Of a DNA stretch of 64,000 nt, positions 27,201 through 38,870 are shown one piece after another. The number at the start of each line of letters is the position of its first letter. The stretch's first letter is position 1. The DNA is from Thermodesulfobacteriota bacterium (lineage in GTDB: Bacteria > Desulfobacterota_D > UBA1144 > Nemesobacterales > UBA2774): NCBI GenBank assembly GCA_965216785.1, contig OZ244197.1, positions 608,001 through 672,000 of the forward strand. Reading direction: 5' to 3'. The translations under genes were made by a program, and so were the position numbers. The notes beneath the pieces were generated by a model. That model saw only the letters and a list, made by a program, of their open reading frames with translations. It was not told the DNA's origin and did no database searches.

Positions 27201-27491
27201 TTAATCAACTACGGCCAGAATCTCATCCTCTCGGAGGATAATATATTCCACACCCTCTACACCGATCTCTGCCCCGCCGTACTTACCGAAAATTACTTTA
27301 TCGCCTTTTTTGACGTCCGGCTTCTTGATGCTTCCGTCATCGAGAACCTTCCCTCTACCGACAGCGACTACTTTTCCCTCTTGCGACCTTTCCTTGTCAA
27401 CGGTGTCGGGAATGATGATTCCGCCCTCTGTTTTTTCGTCTTCAGCGGTTTTTTCAATTAATACTTTGTCATGCAACGGTTTTAGCTTCAT
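27201..27491 (-). CDS. groS: Co-chaperonin GroES
   Basis: [25 protein letters not shown]; true start at 27491 after AAGGAGG. Confidence 0.97.
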   Translation of the reverse strand: MKLKPLHDKVLIEKTAEDEKTEGGIIIPDTVDKERSQEGKVVAVGRGKVLDDGSIKKPDVKKGDKVIFGKYGGAEIGVEGVEYIILREDEILAVVD

Positions 27492-27782
27492 TACAAATTC
27501 CTCCTTAAAAATTTTTAATATGGATTTATTTCTGGTTGGATGTCTGCAATATGTATATAGTGACCCTGTATTTTCTCTTAAGATATCTATTAAGTGTGTT
27601 TTGTCAAGGTCTCCGGGCTTGAAAAATGCAAACGAATACGATAAATGAAAATTCCAACAAAAACAAATTGCGCCAGAAAATAATTTATCACGCCGGGCGA
27701 GCTTGAAAAGATTGTCCAAAATAGATATGTTTTCCGCCGTGTATAAAAAAAGCTGCAGTATTAACAGGGGACTATTCTTACA

Positions 27783-28406
27783 TTGGCCAAAAGGACGCAA
27801 GTAATAAATTCTCACAATCCCGACTGTGGTTTAATCGCATCTGAAGTGCTTGAAAGAGGCGGCGTGGTGGTATACCCGACTGAAACGCTCTACGGTATTG
27901 CTGCGCCCGCTCTGGACAAAAAAGCTGTAGACAGGGTATATGAGATCAAGGGCAGACCGAAAGACATGCCCATACCTTTACTCGTGAGAGATTTCAGCAT
28001 GCTGGCCTCCGTGGCTGAAGTCAATGAGAGGGTCTCTGCGCTTGCCGAGAATTTCTGGCCGGGCGCGCTTACTCTAGTCCTGAAAGAGAAAGGAAATCTG
28101 CCAAAAGTTATTACAGCGGGAACGGGGAAAGTGGCTGTAAGAATCTCCGGGAACGAATTTGTAAAATCCCTCTTTAAATATTTCAATCAGCCTATAACAT
28201 CCACTAGCGCAAATGTGAGCGGAGGGGAAAATTTAACTACTTTCGATGATATACAAAAGGTGTTTATCAATAGAGTTGACCTTATAATTGATTCTGGTAA
28301 TATCCCAGCTTCCAAGGGCTCTACAGTTCTGGACTTAACGGTAAATCCGCCGAAAATACTTCGCCCGGGGGATATTAAAGAACAAGAGTTAAAGGAGTAT
28401 ATTTGA
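27783..28406 (+). CDS. tsaC: L-threonylcarbamoyladenylate synthase (Sua5/TsaC)
   Basis: YPTETLYG; KGRP; FWPGALT; STSANVSG; GSTVLD. Confidence 0.93.
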   Translation: MAKRTQVINSHNPDCGLIASEVLERGGVVVYPTETLYGIAAPALDKKAVDRVYEIKGRPKDMPIPLLVRDFSMLASVAEVNERVSALAENFWPGALTLVLKEKGNLPKVITAGTGKVAVRISGNEFVKSLFKYFNQPITSTSANVSGGENLTTFDDIQKVFINRVDLIIDSGNIPASKGSTVLDLTVNPPKILRPGDIKEQELKEYI

Positions 28407-29620
28407 TGGCTATAGTGAATGGTTTTAAAGCGATAAGATATAACCCGGAGATAATAAACGACTTTGCTAAGGTGCTTGCGCCCCCCTACGACGTGATAAA
28501 TAAGGATGAGCAGGAAGAGCTTTTTGAGAAAGACCCTCATAACGTCATACGACTGATACTCCCAAAGGGTGAAGGGGACACTAAATATGAGCTTGCAGCC
28601 AAAACATTCAGAGATTGGTTCGTTGAAGATATCCTGATGCAGGACGATGATGAAGCCATATACCCCTACTACCAGGAGTTTGAGGAGAAAGGGAGAAAGC
28701 TGACCAGAAAAGGGTTTATCGCAAGAGTTAAAATCGAGGATTTTTCAACAAAAACCATACTCCCCCACGAAAGGACTTTCCCAAAGCATAAAGCGGACAG
28801 AATGAAGCTTATGACGGCATGCAAAGCCAATATGAGCCCTGTATTCTCGGTATATTCGGACCCGGAAGGGACAGTGGAAAAGGCTATTGATTTGACTGTA
28901 ACAGATAAACCGATATTTGAAGTTGAAGGTAATGAAGGCGTGATCAACAAGATGTGGCAGATATCGGACCCGACCCTTCTAAAGCTGGTGAAAGAAACCA
29001 TGGCGGATACAAGCCTGCTTATAGCGGACGGACACCACCGTTATGAGACCGCTCTTGAGTATAGAAATAATAGAAGGGCGGACACGGGATTGGGAACTGG
29101 AGAAGAGTCTTATGAATATGTGATGATGTTTCTCGCAAGAGGTGAAGGTGAGGGTCTTGTTATAAACCCTACTCATAGAGTCGTAAAGAACCTCGGCGGG
29201 CTATCGGACCAAGATCTTTTAAATAAGCTCGGAGAAGAATTTGAGCTTAGGAAATTACCGTTTGACGAAGCCGTCTCTGGTATCGGGGACGATGAATTTA
29301 CACTGCTTTTCGGCGACACCGAATACGCGTACAGAGCGATTCCTAAAGAGCGAGGGAGAGGCCTTGCGGTTACAACGCTTCACGCAAACGTGTTCAATAA
29401 GATTATAGATGAAGAAACCGCGGGCATATTGTATTCGAAATTTCTTGATGAAACTGTGGAGCTTGTGAGATCGGGAGAATATAAGCTTGCATTTATACTG
29501 CCTGAGCTAAAAGCGGGTGATATATTCGATGTGGTCTCAAGCGGAGACAGAATGCCCCATAAAACTACTTACTTTTATCCCAAAATACTGTCCGGATTAA
29601 CCTTTAACCCGCTTTGGTAG
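28406..29620 (+). CDS. DUF1015 family protein
   Basis: APPYDVI; ILPHERT; IADGHHRYET; MPHKTTYFYPK. Confidence 0.9.
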   Translation: MAIVNGFKAIRYNPEIINDFAKVLAPPYDVINKDEQEELFEKDPHNVIRLILPKGEGDTKYELAAKTFRDWFVEDILMQDDDEAIYPYYQEFEEKGRKLTRKGFIARVKIEDFSTKTILPHERTFPKHKADRMKLMTACKANMSPVFSVYSDPEGTVEKAIDLTVTDKPIFEVEGNEGVINKMWQISDPTLLKLVKETMADTSLLIADGHHRYETALEYRNNRRADTGLGTGEESYEYVMMFLARGEGEGLVINPTHRVVKNLGGLSDQDLLNKLGEEFELRKLPFDEAVSGIGDDEFTLLFGDTEYAYRAIPKERGRGLAVTTLHANVFNKIIDEETAGILYSKFLDETVELVRSGEYKLAFILPELKAGDIFDVVSSGDRMPHKTTYFYPKILSGLTFNPLW

Positions 29621-29732
29621 AGGACCAGACATAGCTTAAGCAGCCTCCGCAGTTTGTTGATTTATAGGGCAAATTGCATTATTAATTTAATGTGGTTTGT
29701 GGAGTCAAATCCAATCTAAGCAGGAGGCACTA

Positions 29733-30290
29733 ATGTCTGGATTTCTTATAATACTGGCCATAGTCGCAGTAGTGGTAATCGCGGCTGTTGGTATCTACAA
29801 TGGATTAATCAGGCTCAGAAACACCTCGGAGCAGGCATGGAGCGATGTGGATGTGCAGCTTAAGCGCAGATACGACCTGGTACCGAACCTGGTCGAGACT
29901 GTAAAGGGTTACGCTTCCCACGAGAAGGAGACTTTTGAAAAAGTCGTGCAAGCCAGAAACCAGGCGATGGGTGCCGCAAGTCCCGGGGATAAGGCTCAGG
30001 CGGAAAACTTCCTACAGGCTACTTTGAAGAGCCTCTTCGCGCTGGCTGAGGCTTACCCGGAGCTAAAAGCAAACCAGAATTTCATCGAGCTTCAGGGAGA
30101 GCTCTCAGAGATCGAAGAGCATATCCAGCTGGCCAGAAGATACTATAACGCAGTTGTAAGAGACCTGAACACAAAGATAGAGTCCGTGCCGAGCAACATT
30201 GTCGCAAACATGTTCGGGTTCCAAAAACGCGAATACTTCGAGCTTGATTCAACTGAAGAGAGAAAAGTCCCTGAAGTGGATTTCAGCTAA
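29733..30290 (+). CDS. lemA: LemA family protein
   Basis: AWSDVDVQLKRRYDLVPNLVETVKGY; AEAYPELKANQNF. Confidence 0.95.
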   Translation: MSGFLIILAIVAVVVIAAVGIYNGLIRLRNTSEQAWSDVDVQLKRRYDLVPNLVETVKGYASHEKETFEKVVQARNQAMGAASPGDKAQAENFLQATLKSLFALAEAYPELKANQNFIELQGELSEIEEHIQLARRYYNAVVRDLNTKIESVPSNIVANMFGFQKREYFELDSTEERKVPEVDFS

Positions 30291-30320
30291 CCCGGCCACA
30301 ACACGCATCACCCTTAGAAG

Positions 30321-32015
30321 ATGCTAACAAAAACACTCACCGCTTGTCTCTTCATTCTCATATATTCATTTGCCTCCGCCGCATACTCTGAGGAGATACT
30401 GAATTTCAACGCAGATCTCTTTCTGAGCAGCGAAGGGACGATAATCGTTGATGAAAAGATAGAATACGACTTTCAACACGCGTACCGTCACGGGATATAC
30501 AGGGATATTCCTTATAAATATGACTACGGCTATAAGAAACAGAGTATCGGGCTCCACGTTGAGGAAGTGACGGATTTTAATGGCAATCCGTATCAATATA
30601 AAGTCAGTAAATCGGGAGACAGGGTCAAAATTAGAATTGGAGACCCGGACATTACGATCACGGGAGTTCACGGTTACACAATAACGTACTTCGTGGACGG
30701 GGCGATAGCCTACTTTGATGATTACGACGAGATTTACTGGAACGTGACGGGTAATGAGTGGAGGGTGCCTATAAAGAGAGCGAGCGCAAAAGTGTCATTT
30801 GAAGATGGAGTTCCCGAAGGAGTAAAAGCAAAATGTTTTACCGGCTCTTACGGCTCAAAGAGCGAGGATTGTGAAATAAGAATCAACAAGGATTCAATAG
30901 AGTTTGAAGCACTTCGTAGTCTCTACGCCGGCCAGGGTATGAGTATTGTCATAGGAGTACCCAAAGGGATTGTAAAAGAGCCCTCTGCAATCACAAAATT
31001 ATTAAGGCTTGTTTCGGATAACTGGTATTTCGCGCTCCCGTTTGTAACTCTGATTTCGCTCTATTACATATGGCGTACGCGCGGTAAAGACCCCGCGGTC
31101 GGAGGTGTTATCGCAGTAAAATACGAGCCGCCCGAAGACCTGACTCCGGCTGAGGCTGGCACTCTGATCGACGAAAAGGCGCAAATGCTGGATATAAGCT
31201 CAACAGTTATCGACCTTGCAGTCAGGGGATATTTAAAAATAGAGGAGATAAAGAGCACTGTATTCTATTTCTTCACCGATCGGGACTACAAGCTTATTAG
31301 GATTCCCGATAGGGACGAGGCCAAGCTTAAATCCCACGAGAAGAAAGTGCTTTCCGGGATCTTTAATGGAAAAGAGGAGACGATGGTATCTGAGCTCAAG
31401 AACAAGTTTTATAAAGAGCTCCCGGGGATTAAAAAAGAGCTTTATAAAGAGCTTATAGACAAGAGTTATTTCCCCGCAAACCCAGAGAAAGTGAGAAGTA
31501 TCTACAAGTGGGTGGGCGCATTAGCTATCCCGATCGGGGTATTTCTAATAGGCAATCTGCCTTTGGGAATTTCTGTAATTATATCGGGAATCATAATACT
31601 ATTTTTTTCCGGGCACATGCCGCGCAAAACCAAGAAAGGGTCTGTAATGAACGAAGAGATTTTGGGGTTCAGAGAGTTTATTGAGCGCGCGGAGGAAGAC
31701 AGGATCAGAAGACTTGCGAAAGAAGACCCGACACTCTTTGACAGGGTACTCCCTTACGCGCTGGTATTCGGGCTCGAGGACAAGTGGGCGGAGGCTTTCC
31801 GCGGGATGTACACCGAGCCTCCCAGCTGGTATTACTCGCCCTATTACGCAGATACTTTTTCTCCTAATTTATTCGTAAATGATTTGGGACGGAGTCTTAG
31901 TGTTATGCAAAGCTCACTTGCTTCGACTCCTAAGAGATCGGGATCGAGCGGGTTCAGCGGAGGCGGAGGGTTCTCGGGAGGAGGATTCGGAGGCGGAGGC
32001 GGGGGTTCTTGGTAG
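30321..32015 (+). CDS. DUF2207 membrane protein
   Basis: HGIYRDIP; IYWNVTGNEW; PAEAG; IDLAVRGY; LPYALVFG; Gly-rich tail ending in W; typical lemA neighbour. Confidence 0.9.
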   Translation: MLTKTLTACLFILIYSFASAAYSEEILNFNADLFLSSEGTIIVDEKIEYDFQHAYRHGIYRDIPYKYDYGYKKQSIGLHVEEVTDFNGNPYQYKVSKSGDRVKIRIGDPDITITGVHGYTITYFVDGAIAYFDDYDEIYWNVTGNEWRVPIKRASAKVSFEDGVPEGVKAKCFTGSYGSKSEDCEIRINKDSIEFEALRSLYAGQGMSIVIGVPKGIVKEPSAITKLLRLVSDNWYFALPFVTLISLYYIWRTRGKDPAVGGVIAVKYEPPEDLTPAEAGTLIDEKAQMLDISSTVIDLAVRGYLKIEEIKSTVFYFFTDRDYKLIRIPDRDEAKLKSHEKKVLSGIFNGKEETMVSELKNKFYKELPGIKKELYKELIDKSYFPANPEKVRSIYKWVGALAIPIGVFLIGNLPLGISVIISGIIILFFSGHMPRKTKKGSVMNEEILGFREFIERAEEDRIRRLAKEDPTLFDRVLPYALVFGLEDKWAEAFRGMYTEPPSWYYSPYYADTFSPNLFVNDLGRSLSVMQSSLASTPKRSGSSGFSGGGGFSGGGFGGGGGGSW

Positions 32016-32017
32016 AG

Positions 32018-32611
32018 CTACTCGTCCAAGAGCTCAGTGATTTTATTATCTATTGCGTGATAAGCCCGGTCAGCATCTTGATTATCCGAACTTTTATAGA
32101 ACTCTCCCCCATCGTGGACTAAGCGTATGACCCCCTTTTTATCTATTAAAAAAGTGGATGAAGTATAGGAGCGTTTCTTTCCACCCAGCCAGTATTCGTT
32201 AATAACCCTCCAGTCGCTATCCTGTGCTATGGGGAAATCATAACCGAACTGATTTGCTACATTTAACACAAGCTTTTCATCCATTGTTCTTTCTGATTTA
32301 GGGTGATGTACGCCGATTACTCTAAGCCCCTTGTCTTTGTACTTTGTGTTTAATTCCACAAGCGAGGGCGCAGTGTTTTCACAAAAAGGGCACCCTACGA
32401 GCCAGAAACGTATAAGAACAACTTCCCCTTTCAGATCCCCGATTTGAATTGGCTCTGAGTTTAACCAATTGAGTCCTGAAAGCCCGGGCGCTCTGGTGCC
32501 AATAAGCTCAAGACCTTCCTTTGGCCGCCATTCAACTTCTTCTGATCTTGCGCTTTCAGTCACAAATATTGCGAAGAGAAATATAAAAAGACTAAATCCG
32601 ATAGCTTTCAT
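32018..32611 (-). CDS. Exported TlpA/redoxin-like thioredoxin
   Basis: Signal peptide; WLNSEP; FWLVGCPFC; IGVHHP; FLIDKKG. Confidence 0.85.
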   Translation of the reverse strand: MKAIGFSLFIFLFAIFVTESARSEEVEWRPKEGLELIGTRAPGLSGLNWLNSEPIQIGDLKGEVVLIRFWLVGCPFCENTAPSLVELNTKYKDKGLRVIGVHHPKSERTMDEKLVLNVANQFGYDFPIAQDSDWRVINEYWLGGKKRSYTSSTFLIDKKGVIRLVHDGGEFYKSSDNQDADRAYHAIDNKITELLDE

Positions 32612-32787
32612 GAATACCCCTGATGCTTTATTTGCCATTATAAATTATACATATAATGGGCATCTGAACGCTTAGAGTTTATTATGCCAGAATCACTGTT
32701 GAATTACATAAGTTATAGACTTACAATTACATTATAGATGTGCCCTTTCCCTCTATCTATGATTCAAGGGTGAGTAGAGTTAAAAAA

Positions 32788-35700
32788 ATGAATGACCAAT
32801 CTAAGACAAAAAAAGAACTGATCCTCGAGCTGGAGGAGCTGAGAAGAGCTTGTACAACTAAAGGGAATGAATGCAAACCTGATCCAGCCGCTTCCGAGTT
32901 ATCTGAGGAAGAGAATTTCTACAAGGATTTTTATGAATTCAGCCCGCTCATGTACTTCACAGTGGACCATGAAGGCACCATTCTGACGGTAAATCCTACA
33001 GGTGCTGATAACCTGGGATATGATAGAGAAGAACTGGAGGGTGAAACGGTTTTAAAGGTGTTCTATGAAAATGACAAAGATATGGCTTTATCTCGGGTCA
33101 AAAAGTGTTTCAAAAACCCCTGCAGGGTCTACGATTGGGAACTCCGTAAGGTTAAAAAAGACGGGACTGTCATATGGGTGAAGGAAACGGCAAGAGCGGT
33201 TAAAGACTCAAACAATAGAGCACTTACGACGATTGTATGCGAAGACATAACGGAGCGCAAGCAGGCTGAGCTGCTATTGGCTACTGAGAAAAAGGTATTC
33301 GAGCTGATAGCTCGAAACGCGCCGCAGGATGAAATCTTAAATACCTTATGTCTGGACATTGAAAATCAATCAAACGGTATGCTGTGCTCCTTTCTGCTGC
33401 TTGAGGAAAATGGCAGAAACTTAAAACACGGAGCAGCGCCGAGTTTGCCCAAGGGCTATATAAAGGCTACGGACGGTGTTGAAATCGGTCCAGTGGTCGG
33501 AAGCTGCGGCACAGCGGCTTACCTGAAAAAACCCGTGGTCGTATCGGACATAGAAACAGATCCGCTCTGGCAGTACTATAAGGACATTGCTCTAAAATAC
33601 GGACTGAAATCGTGCTGGTCTACCCCGATTGTCTCATCCGACAAAAAGGTGCTTGGAACGTTTGCGATGTACTATAAGGAGACCCGCTCTCCAAACCTAC
33701 ATGAAAGAAAGATCATAGAAACGACAACATTTTTGGCCAAACTTGCAATTGAGAAACTGCGCTCGCGCGAGCTGGCTTCTCAACTTGGAGAGATTTTAGA
33801 GGAGTCCTTAAGTGAAATTTATATATTCGACGCGGAGACCAAAAAATTTATACAGGTGAATAAAGGAGCAAGAAAAAACCTCGGATACTCGCACAAAGAG
33901 ATACTGAATCTTACTCCGCTGGACCTGAAAACAGATTTGAGCGAAAAGGAATTCAACAAACTTCTCAGTCCTCTTCTAAAGGGCAATAAGAAAGAAATAT
34001 GGTTTAAAACCCAACACGAGCGCAAGGACGGATCGAAATACCCTGTGGAAGTTCACCTTCAAATATCGGATTTTAAAGGTAAGAAGGTGTTTATCGCTAA
34101 TATACTCGATATCACCGAGCAGAAAGAGTATGAGCAAGAATTAGAAAAGAATTTGGAGCAATTATCGAAAAAGAACAGATACGAAGAGACAATCAGCACG
34201 GTAACAAGAAGTGTTCACAGCTCAATTGATTTACAAGATGTTGTGGAAAATGCCGTAGAGACTATGAATAAGAATATTGATGGGGCAGATAATGTATCTA
34301 TCTACTTCATTGAGGGAGACGATGCGGTAATAAAAGCCTGGCTCGGTTATCCGGACTGGTTTATAAAAGCAGTCGAGAGAATTCCTAAACCGAAAGGATT
34401 TACATGGAAAGTGCTCGGAGAGGGCAAACAGATTTATTGTCCGGATGTTGAGAAGGACAATGTGATCGGCAAATCGGGCAAGAAGGTAGGGACTAAGAGC
34501 TATGCCTCGATGCCGATTAAACACGGAGACGAAACTATCGGATGTATAAACATTAACTCCTTTACAAAAAACGCGTTTGACGAGGAAGACTTAAAGCTCC
34601 TGGATATAATTGCAAACCAGATTGCCATAGCGATTGACAACGCCAGGCAGACTAACGCTCTTAGGGAATCGGAGCAGAGATATAGGACGTTATACGACCA
34701 ATCGCCGGTCGGTGTATACATGTTTAACGAGGATTTGATAATTACTAATACCAACGATCGTCACGCAGAGATACTAAAAGCTTCACGGGAGCAAATAGTA
34801 GGAACGGAGCTAAGAAGAATTAATGATCAGACATTTATTCCGCTCCATGAGCAAGCGCTAAAGGGTAAAAGCGGGAGCCAGGAAGGTTTTTACAAGGCTA
34901 CATGTAACTCGACAGAGCTGTGGCTATTTATATCTATTGCACCTCTTAGGGACGGGGCCGGAAAGATAGTAGGCGGTATGTCCGTTGTGGAGGATATTAC
35001 GGAGCGTAAGAAAGCGGAAATAGCTCTTAGACAGTCCGAAGAAGATTATGAATCATTGGTAAATACAGTCGAGGGTATAGTCTGGGAAGCTGATCCGGAA
35101 ACATTATCGTTCACTTTTATAAGCAAACAAGCCGAACGTATGCTCGGTTATCCACTCAAGGATTGGACTAAAGACTGTGAGTTTTGGCTTAACAAGATTC
35201 ATCCAGAAGACAGAGACTGGGTTCCGGAGCATTGTATAAAAGCAACCCAAGAAAAGCGGGATCATATGCTTGAGTACAGAATGGTAGCGGCTGATGGCCG
35301 GACGGTTTGGCTGCGAGACATTGTTACGGTGGTAGTTGAACAGGGCGAAGTCACCGGGCTCAGGGGTCTTATGGTCGATATCACTGACCTTAAGAAAGCA
35401 GGGGATTTATTGAAAGAAAGCGCGGAAAAATACAGGGCACTTGTCGAGAATGTACACGACGTTATTGTGGAATCGAGCTTTGACGGAAAATTCTTATATG
35501 TCAGTCCTAACTCTATACAAGCGGCTGGGTTTGAGCCAGAAGAGCTTTTGGGTGAAAGCATTTTCAAGTATATCCACCAAGATGATAAAGGGCACGCGTT
35601 AAAGGAATTCGCCAGAATGATAATGGAGCAGACCTCGGGTAAGGCCGTTTTCAGGTTTCAGCATAAGAACGGAAACTGGATATGGTTCGATAGTACAGGG

Positions 35701-36912
35701 AATACTTACCAGACCGCAGACGGGGATGTAAGGTGCGTTATTGTCAGCCGTGATATCACAGAGCGTAAGAAGCTTGAGGAAGAGCTGTTCAAAAAACAAA
35801 ACCTGGAATCGCTTGGTATACTCGCGGGCGGAATCGCGCATGACTTTAACAACTTATTAACATCTATACTTGGTAATATCTCCATATCAAAAATGCAATT
35901 AAACAACGACCATAAAATACACCGAAGACTTATTGAAGCAGAAAACGCTTCACTAAGAGCAAAAGATTTAACTTCTCAGTTATTGACATTCTCAAAGGGC
36001 GGAGCTCCGGTAAAGGAGTATGTGCAATCTCTTGGGGATTTGATAAAAGATACAGCGAGTTTTGCGGTAAGCGGATCTAATATCAAATGTGAATTCGATT
36101 TTGAAGACAAAGTTTGGCCGGCAGAAATAGATGAGGGACAGATAAGCCAAGTCATTCACAACCTCGTCATAAACGCTGACCAGGCAATGCCTGAAGGGGG
36201 GGAAATAAAAGTAAAACTCCACAACTCATTTATTGACAGCTCGAACGGTTTTGATGCTGAACAGAGTAATTATATAAAGATTACTATTGAAGATAACGGC
36301 ATAGGTATGACAGAAGAGCTGAAGAAAAAAATCTTTGATCCATATTTTACCACAAAGCAAAAGGGAAGCGGATTGGGCCTGTCAACGGTTTACTCGATCG
36401 TAAAAAACCATGACGGTCACATTAATGTGAATTCCGAAATTGGAGAGGGGACGGAGTTCGAGGTGTACATTCCGGCAGCCGAAGAGGTGGTCAGCACCAA
36501 TGAGACTGTGCCGAATGTGCCCAAAGGTGAAGGAAAGATATTGGTAATGGACGATGAAGAGACGGTCAGAAAAATAGCGGGAGAAATGATTAAGCATCTG
36601 GGCTATACGGTCGAGTATGCAGTCGATGGAAATGAAGCGATTGAGAAATACATCTCTGCCAAAGAGGCCGGCTGCCCGTTTGACGTTGTGATGATCGACT
36701 TAACCGTACCGGGCGGGATGGGTGGTAAGGAAGCTAACCAGAGACTCCTTGATATTGACCCTCAGGTAAGGAGCATAGTATCAAGCGGATACTTTAACGA
36801 TCCTGTTATGTCAGAACATAATAAATACGGATTTAAGGGTGTGATCACAAAACCCTACAAAATTGACGAACTGAGCAGAGCCATCCACAGCGTTTTAAAC
36901 ACTAATCAGTGA
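32788..36912 (+). CDS. Cytoplasmic hybrid sensor kinase (PAS-GAF-PAS-GAF-PAS-PAS-PAS-HisKA-HATPase-REC)
   Basis: Repeated DITE PAC ends; GSCGTAAY GAF; AGGIAHDFNNLL; DPYFTTK-GSGLGL; REC MDDE..IDL..KPY; no TM seen. Confidence 0.93.
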   Translation: MNDQSKTKKELILELEELRRACTTKGNECKPDPAASELSEEENFYKDFYEFSPLMYFTVDHEGTILTVNPTGADNLGYDREELEGETVLKVFYENDKDMALSRVKKCFKNPCRVYDWELRKVKKDGTVIWVKETARAVKDSNNRALTTIVCEDITERKQAELLLATEKKVFELIARNAPQDEILNTLCLDIENQSNGMLCSFLLLEENGRNLKHGAAPSLPKGYIKATDGVEIGPVVGSCGTAAYLKKPVVVSDIETDPLWQYYKDIALKYGLKSCWSTPIVSSDKKVLGTFAMYYKETRSPNLHERKIIETTTFLAKLAIEKLRSRELASQLGEILEESLSEIYIFDAETKKFIQVNKGARKNLGYSHKEILNLTPLDLKTDLSEKEFNKLLSPLLKGNKKEIWFKTQHERKDGSKYPVEVHLQISDFKGKKVFIANILDITEQKEYEQELEKNLEQLSKKNRYEETISTVTRSVHSSIDLQDVVENAVETMNKNIDGADNVSIYFIEGDDAVIKAWLGYPDWFIKAVERIPKPKGFTWKVLGEGKQIYCPDVEKDNVIGKSGKKVGTKSYASMPIKHGDETIGCININSFTKNAFDEEDLKLLDIIANQIAIAIDNARQTNALRESEQRYRTLYDQSPVGVYMFNEDLIITNTNDRHAEILKASREQIVGTELRRINDQTFIPLHEQALKGKSGSQEGFYKATCNSTELWLFISIAPLRDGAGKIVGGMSVVEDITERKKAEIALRQSEEDYESLVNTVEGIVWEADPETLSFTFISKQAERMLGYPLKDWTKDCEFWLNKIHPEDRDWVPEHCIKATQEKRDHMLEYRMVAADGRTVWLRDIVTVVVEQGEVTGLRGLMVDITDLKKAGDLLKESAEKYRALVENVHDVIVESSFDGKFLYVSPNSIQAAGFEPEELLGESIFKYIHQDDKGHALKEFARMIMEQTSGKAVFRFQHKNGNWIWFDSTGNTYQTADGDVRCVIVSRDITERKKLEEELFKKQNLESLGILAGGIAHDFNNLLTSILGNISISKMQLNNDHKIHRRLIEAENASLRAKDLTSQLLTFSKGGAPVKEYVQSLGDLIKDTASFAVSGSNIKCEFDFEDKVWPAEIDEGQISQVIHNLVINADQAMPEGGEIKVKLHNSFIDSSNGFDAEQSNYIKITIEDNGIGMTEELKKKIFDPYFTTKQKGSGLGLSTVYSIVKNHDGHINVNSEIGEGTEFEVYIPAAEEVVSTNETVPNVPKGEGKILVMDDEETVRKIAGEMIKHLGYTVEYAVDGNEAIEKYISAKEAGCPFDVVMIDLTVPGGMGGKEANQRLLDIDPQVRSIVSSGYFNDPVMSEHNKYGFKGVITKPYKIDELSRAIHSVLNTNQ

Positions 36913-37045
36913 AAGTACCTGCGCATTTATTAATAAGCTGTATATATTGAACCCCTTCCCATAAAATCAGTTAGTTGAATATACGTTCTTTTTCTTTATA
37001 ATACCTAATCTTCAGCGATGTAATTCTCAAGCTCAAGTCAACCAC

Positions 37046-38839
37046 ATGGAACCCAAATACATAAGGAATTTTTCAATTATAGCCCATGTAGATCATGGGA
37101 AATCTACGCTCGCGGACAGGATTATGGAATTTACCGGAGCGCTCTCGGCTCGTGATATGACCGAGCAGTTCCTGGACAAGATGGAGATAGAAAGAGAGCG
37201 CGGGATAACAATAAAAGCTCAAGCTGTAAGGATTGACTATAAGGCTGATGACGGAATCACATATGAATTTAACCTGATCGACACCCCGGGGCACGTGGAT
37301 TTCAGTTACGAAGTCTCCAGAAGCCTGATGGCCTGTGAGGGGGCGCTGCTCGTAGTAGACGCCTCGCAGGGTGTAGAGGCACAAACAGTGGCCAATGCGT
37401 ATATGGCAACGGACTCAGGACTCGAGCTAATACCGGTAATCAACAAGATAGACTTACCCGCTGCGGATGTAGAAAGGGTGAAGGAAGAAATCGAAGACGT
37501 AATCGGAATAAGCGCAGAAGACGCGATACCCGCAAGCGCCAAAAAGGGAATCGGAACAAAAGAAATACTTGAAGAGATTGTAGCTACGCTCTCACCCCCT
37601 GAAGATAAATCCAAAGAGCCTCTTAAAGCCCTGATATTCGACAGCTGGTTTGATTCCTATCAGGGAGTCGTGATGCTGATCAGAGTGTTTGAGGGGAAAA
37701 TAGAGACAGGTTCACAAATTAAACTTATGTCTACCGGGAAAGATTATGAGGTAAGAAAGCTCGGCGTATTTTCGCCGGCCGCTCTTGAAGTCGATGTCCT
37801 CTCCACTGGCGAGGTTGGGTTTGTTACGGCGTCTATTAAGGAAATCAGCGAAGCAAACGTGGGAGACACGATCACGGACGCAGAAAAACCTACGGACAGT
37901 CCTGTTGCCGGGTTCCGGGTTATGAAACCCATGGTGTTTAGCGGGCTCTATCCGATAGACCCCGGGGATTACGATAAACTGAGAGAGGCACTCGAAAAGC
38001 TGGGGCTAAACGATTCATCGCTTGTCTATGAGCCTGAGACATCGGTTGCCCTGGGTTTTGGATTCCGCTGCGGTTTCCTGGGGCTTCTGCATATGGAGAT
38101 AGTAAGGGAGAGACTCGAAAGAGAGTTTGAGCTCGAGCTTATTACGACAGCACCGACAGTGGTGTATAAGGCGACCGATAAAAAGGGTAATGTGCGTTAT
38201 GTGGATAACCCGAGCGAGCTTCCGACTCCGGATCAGATCGAGCATATAGAGGAACCATACGTCGTAGTCTCAATACATACGCCGGGCACGTATCTGGGAC
38301 CTATATTTGATCTATGTATAAAAAAACGGGGTACTCAGAAAGACGTTAAATACATTACCCAGGACAGGGTGATTGTGGAGTACGAGATACCGCTCGCTGA
38401 AATAGTGTTTGATTTCTACGACAAGCTAAAATCCGTATCGCGGGGCTACGCATCGATGGATTATGAGCCTGCCGGTTATAAGGGATCTGAGCTGATTAAG
38501 ATGGACGTGCTGGTAAACAGCGATCCTGTGGACGCTCTGTCCATAATAGTCCACAAGGACAAGTCGTATGAGAGGGGGAGGGAGCTTATATCAAAACTCC
38601 GATCGCTGATACCAAGACAGCTGTATGAAGTTGTGATACAGGCTTCGATAGGAAATAAGATTATAGCGCGTGAATCTGTCAAGCCCGTAAGAAAAGATGT
38701 TACAGCCAAATGCTACGGGGGTGACGTGACCAGGAAAAGAAAACTCCTCGAGAAGCAAAAAGAAGGGAAAAAACGTCTTAAACAGGTCGGCAACATTGAG
38801 ATTCCTCAGGAAGCGTTCCTGGCAGTACTAAAGACTTAG
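37046..38839 (+). CDS. lepA: Elongation factor 4
   Basis: [19 protein letters not shown]; [11 protein letters not shown]; [22 protein letters not shown]. Confidence 0.99.
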   Translation: MEPKYIRNFSIIAHVDHGKSTLADRIMEFTGALSARDMTEQFLDKMEIERERGITIKAQAVRIDYKADDGITYEFNLIDTPGHVDFSYEVSRSLMACEGALLVVDASQGVEAQTVANAYMATDSGLELIPVINKIDLPAADVERVKEEIEDVIGISAEDAIPASAKKGIGTKEILEEIVATLSPPEDKSKEPLKALIFDSWFDSYQGVVMLIRVFEGKIETGSQIKLMSTGKDYEVRKLGVFSPAALEVDVLSTGEVGFVTASIKEISEANVGDTITDAEKPTDSPVAGFRVMKPMVFSGLYPIDPGDYDKLREALEKLGLNDSSLVYEPETSVALGFGFRCGFLGLLHMEIVRERLEREFELELITTAPTVVYKATDKKGNVRYVDNPSELPTPDQIEHIEEPYVVVSIHTPGTYLGPIFDLCIKKRGTQKDVKYITQDRVIVEYEIPLAEIVFDFYDKLKSVSRGYASMDYEPAGYKGSELIKMDVLVNSDPVDALSIIVHKDKSYERGRELISKLRSLIPRQLYEVVIQASIGNKIIARESVKPVRKDVTAKCYGGDVTRKRKLLEKQKEGKKRLKQVGNIEIPQEAFLAVLKT

Positions 38840-38870
38840 GGCAATTTGGATTCCTGGAGAATATAGCGCC

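Noticed and set aside
7285-27563. 13-mer CACTATATACATA shared by the 7.3-kb island and the groES leader
   Set aside because: Low-complexity AT-rich match that is expected by chance in 64 kb.
27492-27780. CIRCE operator upstream of groES
   Set aside because: TTAGCACTC-N9-GAGTGCTAA is not present; I see only a TTGACA-type promoter.
27492-27815. 108-aa N-terminal extension of GroES in the ORF track
   Set aside because: A strong SD precedes ATG 27491, and the extension spans the promoter region and overlaps tsaC.
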